Of a stretch of DNA of 58,269 nucleotides, positions 38,702-49,321 are shown piece by piece. The position numbers and the translations under genes were made by a program. This stretch comes from Nanobdellota archaeon. Its GTDB lineage: Archaea; Nanobdellota; Nanobdellia; Parvarchaeales; Parvarchaeaceae. Under the pieces are notes generated by a model. The model searched no databases and was not told the DNA's origin. It was given only the letters and a program-made list of their open reading frames with translations. The DNA is taken from contig JAKASS010000005.1 of NCBI GenBank assembly GCA_021818905.1, forward strand, positions 1 to 58,269. Reading direction: 5' to 3'. Every line of letters begins with the position of its first letter. Position 1 is the stretch's first letter.

Positions 38702-38815
38702 ATGAAAAAACAGGAAAAACCGGAAACATATACCTGCCCTATGCATCCTGATATAAGAATGAAAAAGAAAGGGAAGTGTCCTGAATGCGGGATGCAGCTC
38801 ATATCTTCAAAGTGA
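38702..38815 (+). CDS. Stand-alone heavy-metal-binding microprotein (37 aa, not in ORF track)
   Basis: MKKQEKPETYTCPMHPDIRMKKKGKCPECGMQLISSK, directly upstream of copA. Confidence 0.8.
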   Translation: MKKQEKPETYTCPMHPDIRMKKKGKCPECGMQLISSK

Positions 38816-38937
38816 CGGACTGCCGATGCAGCACATATGGACGGCGTTTGCGAGCGGTATTCATGTATAAAGACCATAATCTTGAACTAGCAAAACGTCG
38901 CATTGAAGAAAATAGACACAAAAGAAGTGGTAGATAA

Positions 38938-41022
38938 ATGGCAACTGACCCGATATGCGGAATGAGTGTAGACGAACACACTACTACTTTGATCAATGAA
39001 AGTGGCGGGAAAAAATATTATTTCTGCAGTGCTTCATGCAAGCTGCAATTTGAAAAACCTGCCAAAGAATTGAAAGGATTGAAAATGTCTTTGTCTATTT
39101 CTTGGCCGTTGACTGCCCTCGTCGTGGCCATCACATATGGTTTGTCATTTGCATATTCAAATTATCTAATGTTTGCTTTGGCAAGTGTGGTACAGTTTTA
39201 CGTCGGGATTAGATTCTATGCAGGCACATTAGATGCAATTAAAAACAGATCGAGTAACATGGACACGCTTATAGCAATGGGCACCTCTGCTGCGTGGGCT
39301 TATAGTTCGATAGTGACCTTCTTCCCAAGAATAGTACCGGCACAAGGAGTATACTTTGATACATCGACCATAATAATATCTTTGATCCTAACTGGCGTAT
39401 ACATGCAGAGACTGGCAGAAACCCGCGCTTCTTCTGCTGTGGCGGCGTTGATGTCACTTCAGCCAAAGATAGCACATCTAGTGGCGGGCCGTAATATCAT
39501 CGACAAATCGATAGAAGAAATCAAAAGAGGGAACATTCTACTGGTAAAGCCGGGCGAAAAGGTCCCGACAGACGCTATCGTCGTATATGGGACTAGCGCA
39601 ATCGATGAATCGATGATCACCGGCGAAAGCATGCCGATCGATAAAAAAATCGGTGATAAAATAACCGGCGGTACGATAAATGAAACGGGCTCTCTAAAAG
39701 TAAAGGTAACCGGCGTCGGCGAAGATACGACATTAGCACAAATAATAAAGATAGTGAAAGAAGCGGCATCGAGTAAAGTGCCCATACAAAAATTAGCAGA
39801 CAGGATATCTTCGGTTTTTGTGCCGCTGGTCATAGTGATAGCCATCGTTTCTTCGCTTTCTTGGTACCTTTTCGGGGGGATAGGACAGGCCTTTTCAATA
39901 TTAGTATTTGTCAGTGTATTGATCATAGCCTGCCCATGTGCATTAGGAATAGCGACGCCGGCAGCATTATTGGTTTCTTCTGGAAAGGCAGCTAAAAATG
40001 GCATCCTGATAAAAAGTGGCGAAAAGCTGGAGATCGCTAGCAAAGTAGATGTAGTCATATTTGACAAGACGGGGACCTTGACCGAAGGGATCCCAAAAAT
40101 AACTGAAATAGCGGCTGTCAAAGGGTATACAAAAAAGAGACTGCTAAAACTAGCGGCCGTAGCAGAAATAAATTCAGAACATCCGCTTGGCAAGGCCATA
40201 GTCTTGGAAGCCAAAAAAGAAAAATTAAAGGTGCCTTTTCCAATGAAATTTTCCTATAAACAGGGAAGCGGAGTGATAGCGATAGATAAAAGAGGCAGAC
40301 AACTCATATTAGGAAATCGCGATCTTTTTTCAAAGAAAGAACTGGCCCGTTTTGAAGAGAGGATAAAAAATTTAGAATCGAACGGAAATACCACGTTGAT
40401 AGTCGGGTTCGATAAACGGATAATCGGCATGATATCACTGGCCGATGCCCTAAAAAAGGACAGTAAGATCGCAGTTGAAGCATTACAACATTCAGGAAAA
40501 GAAGTCTGGTTGATAACGGGGGACAATGAACTCGTGGCAAAGGCGATCGCAAAGCAGCTTGGAATAAAAAATATGATCGCAAATTCCAAGCCGGGAGATA
40601 AACTGAAGAAGATCAGCGAGCTTCAAAAGAGTGGAAAGATAGTCGCCATGGTGGGTGATGGCATAAACGACGCTCCCGCTTTGACTAAAGCCGACGTAGG
40701 ATTAGCCATCGGCGCCGGGGCAGACATAGCAAGACAGGCTGGCGGTATAATCTTGATGAAAAATAGCCCTTACGGCGTTTTTTTGACCTTAGAGTTGGGC
40801 AAAAAGACCATGAGTAAAATAAGACAGAACCTCTTCTGGGCTTTTGGGTATAATACAGTCTTGATACCGGTGGCTGCCGGTGCTCTGGTCCCGATTTTCA
40901 CCGCGTCCGTCTACACTTTTTTACCCATGTTAGCGGCGTTTGCGATGGCGCTTAGCTCAGTCACTGTGATTTCAAATTCTTTATTATTAAATAGATTCAA
41001 GCTCGTTAAAGACATAAAGTGA
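38938..41022 (+). CDS. copA: Cu(I)-exporting P1B ATPase with an N-terminal YHS/TRASH domain
   Basis: DPICGM..YYFCS, TGES, CPC, DKTGT, SEHP, GDGINDAP, YN, MALSS. Confidence 0.95.
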   Translation: MATDPICGMSVDEHTTTLINESGGKKYYFCSASCKLQFEKPAKELKGLKMSLSISWPLTALVVAITYGLSFAYSNYLMFALASVVQFYVGIRFYAGTLDAIKNRSSNMDTLIAMGTSAAWAYSSIVTFFPRIVPAQGVYFDTSTIIISLILTGVYMQRLAETRASSAVAALMSLQPKIAHLVAGRNIIDKSIEEIKRGNILLVKPGEKVPTDAIVVYGTSAIDESMITGESMPIDKKIGDKITGGTINETGSLKVKVTGVGEDTTLAQIIKIVKEAASSKVPIQKLADRISSVFVPLVIVIAIVSSLSWYLFGGIGQAFSILVFVSVLIIACPCALGIATPAALLVSSGKAAKNGILIKSGEKLEIASKVDVVIFDKTGTLTEGIPKITEIAAVKGYTKKRLLKLAAVAEINSEHPLGKAIVLEAKKEKLKVPFPMKFSYKQGSGVIAIDKRGRQLILGNRDLFSKKELARFEERIKNLESNGNTTLIVGFDKRIIGMISLADALKKDSKIAVEALQHSGKEVWLITGDNELVAKAIAKQLGIKNMIANSKPGDKLKKISELQKSGKIVAMVGDGINDAPALTKADVGLAIGAGADIARQAGGIILMKNSPYGVFLTLELGKKTMSKIRQNLFWAFGYNTVLIPVAAGALVPIFTASVYTFLPMLAAFAMALSSVTVISNSLLLNRFKLVKDIK

Positions 41023-41054
41023 CATCCTCTCACCTCTAAAGGGTGTAGGCTTCC
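41020..41054 (-). mobile_element. Orphan IS200/IS605 (TnpB-type) right-end remnant
   Basis: rc GGAAGCCTACACCCTTTAGAGGTGAGAGGATGTCA resembles the archaeal GGAAGCCCC..TTTAGGG..GAGGATGTCA end hairpin; no tnpB ORF nearby. Confidence 0.55.
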
Positions 41055-41530
41055 GGTTCCCGCTCACCTTTAATAAATCGAGAAGGCGGTTTGTAAGAAA
41101 CGGCCTTAAATTAAGCCGAACCTTCGCTATGATCTTTGAGATAATCCTTAGCATTCGCACTTATGGCAGGTTTCATGAGAAAAACTGCATATATGGGCAG
41201 CTTTGTGCTGAGCCTGTTCGTCTGTTTCAGTGCCGGTGGCCAAATTACTTGTTGTGCAAGTGATTTTAGTCGCACTGACGTTTAGACTAACATTGTCGTA
41301 AAAATGGGCGTTGTAAGCAACTTTTCCGTCTATTATTGTAAAACCTTACGAATAGCCAAAAGAAATCATAGGATGATCGTCTACTATCGATGTTTTTAGT
41401 TGCAAGCCCAGAATTGATATAACAAGGAATGCAACTCGGATGCATTTGTCAGCTTTTTCGTCTATTTGGTTCGTTGCAGGCCAGGAATCTCGCTCACTGA
41501 CAATGCAACGTTCGAAAGAGAAAAACTCGC

Positions 41531-42289
41531 TCAGCTAATAGAAAGAGAGTTAACTCGGTATAAGAATGATGATGTCCCCGAGCTCGAAGTCACATGCGCG
41601 TTGGCGTATACGAGTAACTCCATGCTTTGATTGTTCTCCGGCCTACCGAGGCTAAAGATAGCGCTATCGACCTGCCCCCCTCCAGACGAGTTTGAGATCG
41701 GATAAGGATTTATCAGGGTGTACTTAGTGATCACCATGCCGACGTTTCCAATGGTCTGGGTATAAGTATCATTGCTCATGTCCGAGAATATCCCGGGGGT
41801 CTGTGAAGTAGTACCGCTGACAAACTGACCGGTAGTAAGTATCCGAAGCAGCGGGAAAAGGCTAATGGCCTGAATATGATTCCTAAAGGCCCCATAGTTT
41901 ATCGTGCCGTTGGGATACTTGAATCCGCTAAGCGAAAGATTAGAATCGACCGTGCCGTTCATGTAGGTATAAACTAGAGATGAAGTCGCCGGGGCGGAGG
42001 AGTTGGAGGCCGTAACGTTTAATTCGTCCATCTCTACACCGTTTATGGTCGTAGTCTCTATCTTATCGTAACTAATGGTTACATTTAAAGAAGAGGAAGG
42101 GCCGATAGAAATCGTCACCGACATGGATGGAAAGGCATTGATGACGCTTGCGAAGCTCTCATTGTAGAGGAGCGGGACTGCCTGGGGCGGAGCGGTAGGG
42201 ATACTGCCAGTATACTTCATATACATAAAGATGGATACTGCGACTACGACGACTATGATTACCGCAGCCAGAATCGTTCTATTTGACAT
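41531..42289 (-). CDS. Membrane-anchored S/T/N-rich surface protein
   Basis: N-terminal signal anchor, many NxS/T sequons. Confidence 0.7.
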   Translation of the reverse strand: MSNRTILAAVIIVVVVAVSIFMYMKYTGSIPTAPPQAVPLLYNESFASVINAFPSMSVTISIGPSSSLNVTISYDKIETTTINGVEMDELNVTASNSSAPATSSLVYTYMNGTVDSNLSLSGFKYPNGTINYGAFRNHIQAISLFPLLRILTTGQFVSGTTSQTPGIFSDMSNDTYTQTIGNVGMVITKYTLINPYPISNSSGGGQVDSAIFSLGRPENNQSMELLVYANAHVTSSSGTSSFLYRVNSLSIS

Positions 42290-42523
42290 AAATTTATAGA
42301 GCGGTGGTAGAATTAAAAGATGCTGTTCGGTTGTAGGCGTGTGCCGCTGGTGAACCTTATTGCATTAAGAAGATTTGCTGCGGGGGGATTTTGGACTTCG
42401 TAAAAATTTCTGGAGCTTTCCTTGCTGCGACATTATTTATCGGTTTATTGATCATTTATATATGATCTGTTATTTTACAGGAGACTTCAAAAGCTTATAT
42501 GCAACAAAACGCAAAGCCATTAT

Positions 42524-43660
42524 ATGAAAAATACAAGTTTAGCCGTTGCGATTGTTATAATAGTCGCAGCTGTGGGGCTATATCTTTACTTTAATTATCA
42601 CCAAAGTCAGAATAATGTCTTTCTTAGTCTTATGGACCCTGCTAACGTGCCACAAGGTACGCAAAGTTTAAACATAACTTATTCCTCTCTTATGGTTCAT
42701 ACAATCTCAGGAAATAGCAGCGGCTGGGTAAACGTAGCCGGCAGCGGCACTCTTAATCTTTTGTCTGTTGTAAATGTTAGTTCGATTCTGGGAAGCTTAT
42801 ATTTGCAAAATGGTACACGGATCAATCTAGTGAGATTTAATGTTACTTCCTCTAGCATTGAGATAAATAATTCTACTTACCCGGTTACTCTAAAGAACAA
42901 CCAAATAACAGCGACAGTCCTTCAAAATGATATGGTCGAAGGCACTACAAACTTGATTCTTGATTTATCGCCTACGATTATAACAGTACTTAATGCAAAT
43001 TCGACTGTGTTTATAATGGTTCCCTCTATAAGGGCCATTTTAGTTGGAAACACTGCATTACGTGGCGCTTCTTCTGGATCCAGACACGGATTAGACCCTG
43101 AAGAAAAGCTTGCGTTGGATGCTACAAATATGAATATCACATTGTCAAACGCAGTACTCTCTACGTCTGGTAATGTAACTCATTTATCGATAACTATAAA
43201 AGACAATTTAAATGAAAGTGTAGTTTTAAGACAGGTTATAGTATTTGGAAATCAGTCAGTATCGGCGGATCAAGCATCAATAGGTTCCGACGGAGTTATA
43301 TCCAGAGGCGACCATGGAAATCTCAGCGGTGAAAATGATTCTAGAGGAAGCAATGTAACAGCTGGATTAAATGGCTCTGAACGAGATCTAGAACACGAAG
43401 AAAGTTCGCAGGCAGGATTTAGAACAGTTAACTTCTTAGTCGCCCAAAATGGTAGCTTATTATTGCCTTCATTGGAGAGTGATTTCTCGGGGGAAGGATA
43501 TACATTGGCCGCCGGGCAGTTAGTCACGCTGACATTTACAAACGCAATACTTTTAGGTGACGGTCAGGTACTGGTTAAATTCGTTTCTGGTTCTAATTAC
43601 AAGATCGTTGTTCAAGGTGAAGAGGACGCAAGGGCAGCTCTTGATGTCACTGCAAGTTAA
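42524..43660 (+). CDS. DUF4382-like surface protein
   Basis: Signal anchor, LSLMDPANVP..SLNITYS..VH..GW..LNLL. Confidence 0.65.
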   Translation: MKNTSLAVAIVIIVAAVGLYLYFNYHQSQNNVFLSLMDPANVPQGTQSLNITYSSLMVHTISGNSSGWVNVAGSGTLNLLSVVNVSSILGSLYLQNGTRINLVRFNVTSSSIEINNSTYPVTLKNNQITATVLQNDMVEGTTNLILDLSPTIITVLNANSTVFIMVPSIRAILVGNTALRGASSGSRHGLDPEEKLALDATNMNITLSNAVLSTSGNVTHLSITIKDNLNESVVLRQVIVFGNQSVSADQASIGSDGVISRGDHGNLSGENDSRGSNVTAGLNGSERDLEHEESSQAGFRTVNFLVAQNGSLLLPSLESDFSGEGYTLAAGQLVTLTFTNAILLGDGQVLVKFVSGSNYKIVVQGEEDARAALDVTAS

Positions 43661-43685
43661 ATACGCCGAAGTCGTATAAAATTAT

Positions 43686-43952
43686 ATGCCGATAGTCAAC
43701 AAACGCGCCGGTAGGATGTCGGTTAAAACGGCACATGGCGAGGCGGAACTTCTTTATCGAATAAGAGGAAAAGTCATGGTTATTTATCGTACGTTCACCC
43801 CCGTCGAAGACCAAGGGCATGGTACGGCCGCAAAATTGGCAGAAGAAGCCTTCGCTTTTGCGAAACGGAATGGACTTAAAGTGAAGCCCGATTGTCCGTA
43901 TATCGGCTATTTCGTCGATAAAAACAAGGAATATGCTTCAGAAGTGGTCTAA
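43686..43952 (+). CDS. YjdJ-like small GNAT acetyltransferase
   Basis: TFTP..QGHGTAAKL, VKPDCPY. Confidence 0.85.
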   Translation: MPIVNKRAGRMSVKTAHGEAELLYRIRGKVMVIYRTFTPVEDQGHGTAAKLAEEAFAFAKRNGLKVKPDCPYIGYFVDKNKEYASEVV

Positions 43953-44030
43953 ACTTTAGATAATTTTATCAATGTGGTCTGATCCGGACAACGTTTAAAC
44001 ATTTATATTGTTAAAGATGCTAGACTAAAA

Positions 44031-45632
44031 ATGGACGAGCCATTTTCTTCAAAATTAATACTAAAAAATCTTTTCTTAAACGCCGTAAGGAGCTTCGGCG
44101 ACAGAGAGATACTCTACGCAAACAAGGAAAGATATTCTTACGAAAAATTCTTTAAAAGAGTCAAAGGACTGGCCGCGGGCCTGGAAAAATTAGGCGTCAA
44201 GAAAGGTGACATCGTCGCGGTACTTGATTGGGACACTAACCGTTATCTCGAAGCATATTTCGCGGTGCCCATGATGGGCGCCATACTGCACACTGTAAAC
44301 ATACGTTACCCGCCCGAATTGATATATTACACTATGAATCACGCAGGTGACAAGTACGTGATAGTCCGGGATGAGTTCGCACCGACAATAGAGCCTAATA
44401 AAGATCTTTTTGATTTTATAAAAGGCTGGATAATATACAATGAGGATAAAGGGAAGGTAAGCAGTTCTTTAAATCCATTTTACGACTATGAAGACTTGAT
44501 TTTAGATGAAGATTATGAATTTCCAGAATTAGATGAAGATACAATCGCTACGATATTTTATACTTCGGGTACCACAGGAATGCCAAAGGGCGTTACTTTC
44601 ACACAAAAGAATCTTGTGCTTCACGCACTCGCGGTCTCTGCAGCCGTGCATTCGCCGCCGCTTAATCTTACGGATAAAGACGTATTCCTCACTGCGGTCC
44701 CATTATTCCACGTGCATCAATGGGGGATGCCGTACGCAGGATTATTATCTGGAAATAAATATGTTCTCGCAGGAAAATACGATGTACCGACTATCTTAGA
44801 ACTTGTCAAAAATGAAAATGTAACTTTCTCCGCAATGGTGCCCGTCATATTAAACATGATATTAAGCTCGCCAAAGATAAGCGAATACAAAAGTTATCTC
44901 AAAAATTGGAAAGTGATAATCGGCGGTGCCGCACTTCAGAAGGGACTTGCCGACAGGGCGAAAGAACTTGGAATAACGGTCATTGGAGGGTACGGACTAT
45001 CAGAAACGGGGCCGGTAATATCTATCGCTACATTCAGCGATTATGTTTCTGGCTTGACGGAAGAACAAAAAACTGAATTTAGATTGAGTGCGGGGTTACC
45101 CATACCTTTGGTAGACGTAAAGATAGTAGACAAGGATATGAAAGAGCTGCCCCGGGATGGAAAAAGCGTGGGTGAAATAGTCGTAAGGTCTCCTTGGGTC
45201 ACAAGGGAATATTACAAAGAACCGGAAAGGACCGCAGGATTATGGCGCGGCGGATGGCTTCACACAGGAGATATCGGTTTTGTAGACCCGCATGGGTATA
45301 TCCACATAGTAGACAGAGAAAAGGACGCAGTAAAAAGCGGCGGAGAATTCATCCCCACCTTAGTGATTGAAAATGCCATAAGCGACAACGAAAAGGTAAG
45401 TGAGGTAGCCGTAGTCGGTATGCCGAGCGAGAAATGGGGCGAAAGACCCGTGGCGTTCATAGTAAAAAGAGGTGAAGTTACTGATAAGGATATATTCGAC
45501 CACCTGCAGAAATACCTACAGACTGGAAGGATACAAAAGTGGTGGATCCCGGACAAGATAATGTTTGTAGATTCTTTGCCAAAGACTAGCACCGGTAAAG
45601 TAGACAAAAAAGAATTAAGGAATCACGTTTAA
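44031..45632 (+). CDS. Fatty-acid-CoA ligase (AlkK/FadD-like)
   Basis: YTSGTTGMPKG, GYGLSET, WLHTGD, DREKDAVKSGGE, PKTSTGK. Confidence 0.94.
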   Translation: MDEPFSSKLILKNLFLNAVRSFGDREILYANKERYSYEKFFKRVKGLAAGLEKLGVKKGDIVAVLDWDTNRYLEAYFAVPMMGAILHTVNIRYPPELIYYTMNHAGDKYVIVRDEFAPTIEPNKDLFDFIKGWIIYNEDKGKVSSSLNPFYDYEDLILDEDYEFPELDEDTIATIFYTSGTTGMPKGVTFTQKNLVLHALAVSAAVHSPPLNLTDKDVFLTAVPLFHVHQWGMPYAGLLSGNKYVLAGKYDVPTILELVKNENVTFSAMVPVILNMILSSPKISEYKSYLKNWKVIIGGAALQKGLADRAKELGITVIGGYGLSETGPVISIATFSDYVSGLTEEQKTEFRLSAGLPIPLVDVKIVDKDMKELPRDGKSVGEIVVRSPWVTREYYKEPERTAGLWRGGWLHTGDIGFVDPHGYIHIVDREKDAVKSGGEFIPTLVIENAISDNEKVSEVAVVGMPSEKWGERPVAFIVKRGEVTDKDIFDHLQKYLQTGRIQKWWIPDKIMFVDSLPKTSTGKVDKKELRNHV

Positions 45633-45663
45633 GGTTTATTAACGCATTAAGATTAGTATTACT

Positions 45664-46002
45664 ATGGCTTCACATGATGCTATTAAAGATCTGGTAAGTA
45701 GGTTCAACGTCAAAGATGACTTAAAAAACGATGGGAAGGCGTGGAGTCCATCGAAATTCCAGTTCAAGCCTACGGACGCTTCGGCTTATTATATACTTTT
45801 CAATCAGGATGGATCGATTTCTTTAAACGAAGGCGAGACTACGGACGCCAAAACTACGTTCACTGCCGCAGACCAAGTATTAGAGGATATTTTGAGCGGA
45901 AAACTGGCCGGGGTAAAAGCATTTCTCTTCGGTAAACTAAAGGTTGCCGGAGACCTAGCATCGGCACAAAAATTGGTCGCATTATTGAAGCGCGCCGGGT
46001 GA
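45664..46002 (+). CDS. SCP2 lipid-binding protein
   Basis: GKLAGVKAFLFGKLKVAGDLASAQKL. Confidence 0.88.
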   Translation: MASHDAIKDLVSRFNVKDDLKNDGKAWSPSKFQFKPTDASAYYILFNQDGSISLNEGETTDAKTTFTAADQVLEDILSGKLAGVKAFLFGKLKVAGDLASAQKLVALLKRAG

Positions 46003-46012
46003 AATCCATTAA

Positions 46013-47992
46013 ATGGACATAACTAAAATAGCCGTTGTCGGAGCCGGCGAGATGGGCCACGGAATAGCCGAAGTTTTTTCTCTTTCTGGTTATAATGTGA
46101 ATTTAATCGACATAAGCCAGGATGTACTTACGAAAGCATTAAGCGGGATTGCCGACAGCTTAGACAAACTAGTAAAAAAAGGATTGGTAACACAGGATGC
46201 TGCAGAACAAACAAAAAAAAGAATAAAGGCTTTTACTGATATGCCCGCCGGCGTAAAAGATGCCGAGTTAGTCATGGAAGCCGTTCCAGAGGTCCCAGAT
46301 TTAAAAAGAAAGATATTCAAACAACTTGGAGAGTCGACAAAACCCGACACAATTCTCGGGTCAAATACTTCAAATATAAGGATAACTGAGATAGCTGAAG
46401 GCGTAAAAAATCCAGAGCGGGTAGTAGGAATACATTTTTTTAACCCCCCCGTCATCCTGAAGCTAGTAGAAATAATAAAAGGCGAAAAGACAAGCAATGA
46501 AACCGTTTCTTCTATTTACGCATTGATGCAAAAAATCGGCAGGGCCCCAATAAGGGTGAATAAAGATACTCCTGGCTTTATCGTCAACAGGATAAACGGT
46601 CCCGATATGTTATTTTTCGGGCTTCTTTTCGATAAAAAACTCGCAAGACCCGAAGAAGTAGACGCTTTCATGAAATTGCAAGGTCTTCCGATGGGCCCTT
46701 ACGAACTATTAGACTTCATAGGAATAGACGTGATCAATAGCTCATTGCTTTACTTTGCTAAAGAATTATCACCCGACTTTTCAAAGGTAAAGGTATATGC
46801 AGATTTAGTCAACAAAAAGATGCTTGGGAAAAAGACTGGACGAGGCTTTTATGATTGGAGTGCTGGCAGACCTTCTATAATAGATTCTGCAAAACCTACA
46901 GACAAGTTTTCATTGATGGACATATTTTCTTTGGAGATAAACGAAGCGGTAAAATTGATAGAAGCCGGCGTGGCTACTCCTGAAGACATAGATAACTCTG
47001 TTAAGTTAGGAATGAACAGGCCCTTCGGTCCTATCTCTGTAGCAAAAGGCTTGACCAATGACGAAGTAAAACGGACTTTAGAAAGGTTAGCGAAGACTTT
47101 TGACTGCCAGGTATTTGCTCCAGCCGAAAGCATAAAGCAAGGCAAGATGAGAGATGCGGTTGAAGGCAGATTACAGATAACTAAAGACCCTAACGGCACC
47201 GTCAGTTCGAACCAAACTAAATACAAATATATAATCTTAGAAAAGACAAAGGAAAAGGTTACAACGATATCACTTAATAGACCAAAATTAAACTTGATCA
47301 ACAACGACGTCTTAGATGAACTCGACCTTGCTGCGACCGAGCTATGGGATGATGACGAAACAAGGGTAATATTAGTAAGCGGACGAGGTGGCGTATTCTC
47401 TGCAGGAGCTGACCTTTCTGCTTACTTCGCAAACGAAGGGGAGTTCATCGAATTTTCAAAAAAAGGCCAGACTACGCTGAATAAATTTTCCGAGATACCA
47501 AAGATCACTATTGCGGTACTCGATGGCTATGTTCTTGGTGGAGGATTTGAACTCGCACTTGCCTGTGACATAAGGGTCGCGACGAGCGAGTCTTCTATCG
47601 GGGCCCCGGAGGTATTAAGAGGCTTGATACCTGCATGGGGTGGCTCACAGAGACTTCCAAAATTAATGGGCGTCTCAAATGCATCCAGATTGATATTGAC
47701 CGGCGAAAGAATAACCGGCAAAGAAGCGTTTGAGCTTGGGCTGGTCTCAAAGTTGTTCGATGCGGATATAACATCAGCTGCCATGGCATATGCAAAAGAT
47801 ATAGCCGCAAATACTGCTCCAGTCGCCGCATCGCTTGCAAAAGCTCTAATAAACAAAGGCGCAGAACAACCATTGGAAGTAGGATTCAACATGGAGTCAT
47901 TGGCAGCAGGAGTCGTGTTCAACACAGAAGACCTAAAAGAAGGTTTAATTTCATTCATGCAGAAAAGAACGCCAGAATTCAAAGGTAAATAA
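46013..47992 (+). CDS. 3-hydroxyacyl-CoA dehydrogenase/enoyl-CoA hydratase fusion
   Basis: GAGEMGHGIA, SNTS, HFFNPP, PMGP; C-terminal FSAGADL, GGGFELALACD, PEV..GLIPAWGG. Confidence 0.95.
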   Translation: MDITKIAVVGAGEMGHGIAEVFSLSGYNVNLIDISQDVLTKALSGIADSLDKLVKKGLVTQDAAEQTKKRIKAFTDMPAGVKDAELVMEAVPEVPDLKRKIFKQLGESTKPDTILGSNTSNIRITEIAEGVKNPERVVGIHFFNPPVILKLVEIIKGEKTSNETVSSIYALMQKIGRAPIRVNKDTPGFIVNRINGPDMLFFGLLFDKKLARPEEVDAFMKLQGLPMGPYELLDFIGIDVINSSLLYFAKELSPDFSKVKVYADLVNKKMLGKKTGRGFYDWSAGRPSIIDSAKPTDKFSLMDIFSLEINEAVKLIEAGVATPEDIDNSVKLGMNRPFGPISVAKGLTNDEVKRTLERLAKTFDCQVFAPAESIKQGKMRDAVEGRLQITKDPNGTVSSNQTKYKYIILEKTKEKVTTISLNRPKLNLINNDVLDELDLAATELWDDDETRVILVSGRGGVFSAGADLSAYFANEGEFIEFSKKGQTTLNKFSEIPKITIAVLDGYVLGGGFELALACDIRVATSESSIGAPEVLRGLIPAWGGSQRLPKLMGVSNASRLILTGERITGKEAFELGLVSKLFDADITSAAMAYAKDIAANTAPVAASLAKALINKGAEQPLEVGFNMESLAAGVVFNTEDLKEGLISFMQKRTPEFKGK

Positions 47993-48009
47993 AATTCAAA
48001 GGTAAATAA
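47976..48009 (+). repeat. 17-bp tandem duplication at a gene junction
   Basis: AATTCAAAGGTAAATAA x2. Confidence 0.9.
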
Positions 48010-48010
48010 A

Positions 48011-49192
48011 ATGGATGCATACATAGTCGACTATCTCAGAACGGCTTTTTCAAGATCTAGACCAAAAGAACCGGAGAGAGACGTCTTTAATTCCTTAAGA
48101 ATGGATGATGCGACGGGGTCGCTTATAAAAGCCATCCTCCAGAAAAGACAGATAGACACAAAAGACATCGGCGATGTTATTACTGGCTGCGCAATGCAAG
48201 CCGGAGAAAATTGGCTTTATGGTGGGAGACATCCGGTGCTTTCAGCTGGGCTCCCTACTTATGTCCCCGGAGTTGCGGTAGACAGGGCATGTTCATCATC
48301 GATGATGTCGATAAACATCGGCGCAATGGAAATAATGACGGGAAATTCGGAAGTCGTGCTTGCTGGCGGGATGGAACATATGACCCATGTCCCTATATCA
48401 GATAATCGATTGATATCGCCTAATTATAGACTTCTTCTTAGACCAGAATATGCGAAGTACGACATGGCTGTCGGATATAATATGGGCTTGACTGCAGAAA
48501 AGTTAGCAGAACAGAGTGGCATAACAAAAGATTCAATGGATGAATTCTCGCTTAGAAGCCACATGCTTGCATCGAAAGCTCAGAAAGAAGGCTGGTTCAA
48601 AAATGAGATATTGCCTGTCGAAGTGGAATACAATGGACAAAAAACTATAATAGACACCGACCAGAGCATACGAGCGGATACCACACTTGATCAGATAAAG
48701 GCGCTTCCGCCGTCTTTCAAACAAAATGGTGTGATAACCAGTGGAAATTCTTCTCCTCTTAATGCAGGCGCGTCACTTGTGATGCTGATGTCTGAGAACG
48801 CAGTAAAGAAATATGGCTTTAAGCCTATCGCTAAGATAAGATCTGCAGCATGGGTCGGAGTAGACCCAGATGTCATGGGAAAAAGTCCGGTGCCGGCAAG
48901 CAGAAAAGCATTGGAAAAGGCAGGTCTGAAGGTAGAAGACGTCGACTATTGGGAAATAAACGAAGCGTTTGCTGTGGTAAGCCTATACGCTATAAGAGAA
49001 CTTGGGCTCGATCCAAACAAAGTAAACGTCCACGGCGGCGCGATCGCAATAGGACATCCGTTGGGCGCAAGTGGAGCAAGGCTGGTCGGTACACTTTCAA
49101 GGATACTTCAGGATACTAAGAAAAAAATAGGAGTCGCGACGTTGTGTGTTGGTGGTGGGCAAGGCTTTGCGATAGTCTTAGAGAGAATGTAA
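48011..49192 (+). CDS. Acetyl-CoA C-acyltransferase (thiolase)
   Basis: RACSS, EINEAF, GHPLGASG, LCVGGGQG. Confidence 0.96.
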   Translation: MDAYIVDYLRTAFSRSRPKEPERDVFNSLRMDDATGSLIKAILQKRQIDTKDIGDVITGCAMQAGENWLYGGRHPVLSAGLPTYVPGVAVDRACSSSMMSINIGAMEIMTGNSEVVLAGGMEHMTHVPISDNRLISPNYRLLLRPEYAKYDMAVGYNMGLTAEKLAEQSGITKDSMDEFSLRSHMLASKAQKEGWFKNEILPVEVEYNGQKTIIDTDQSIRADTTLDQIKALPPSFKQNGVITSGNSSPLNAGASLVMLMSENAVKKYGFKPIAKIRSAAWVGVDPDVMGKSPVPASRKALEKAGLKVEDVDYWEINEAFAVVSLYAIRELGLDPNKVNVHGGAIAIGHPLGASGARLVGTLSRILQDTKKKIGVATLCVGGGQGFAIVLERM

Positions 49193-49321
49193 ATTTATCG
49201 GGCTTCTCCGACGTAAACCAGTACCTGGTAAAAAATGGGGCTCTGCCACGACCAAGCGGCGCTGGCGCAGTATGTGGAGCATAAAGTGATACGATGGGAT
49301 TAACTTATTTCTCTGTAAATT

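Noticed and set aside
49219-49240. CAGTACCTGGTAAAAA as the left TIR of the ISH3-like element
   Set aside because: Only partial match to the 58088 end and the flanks (TAAAC versus TATAA) do not form a TSD
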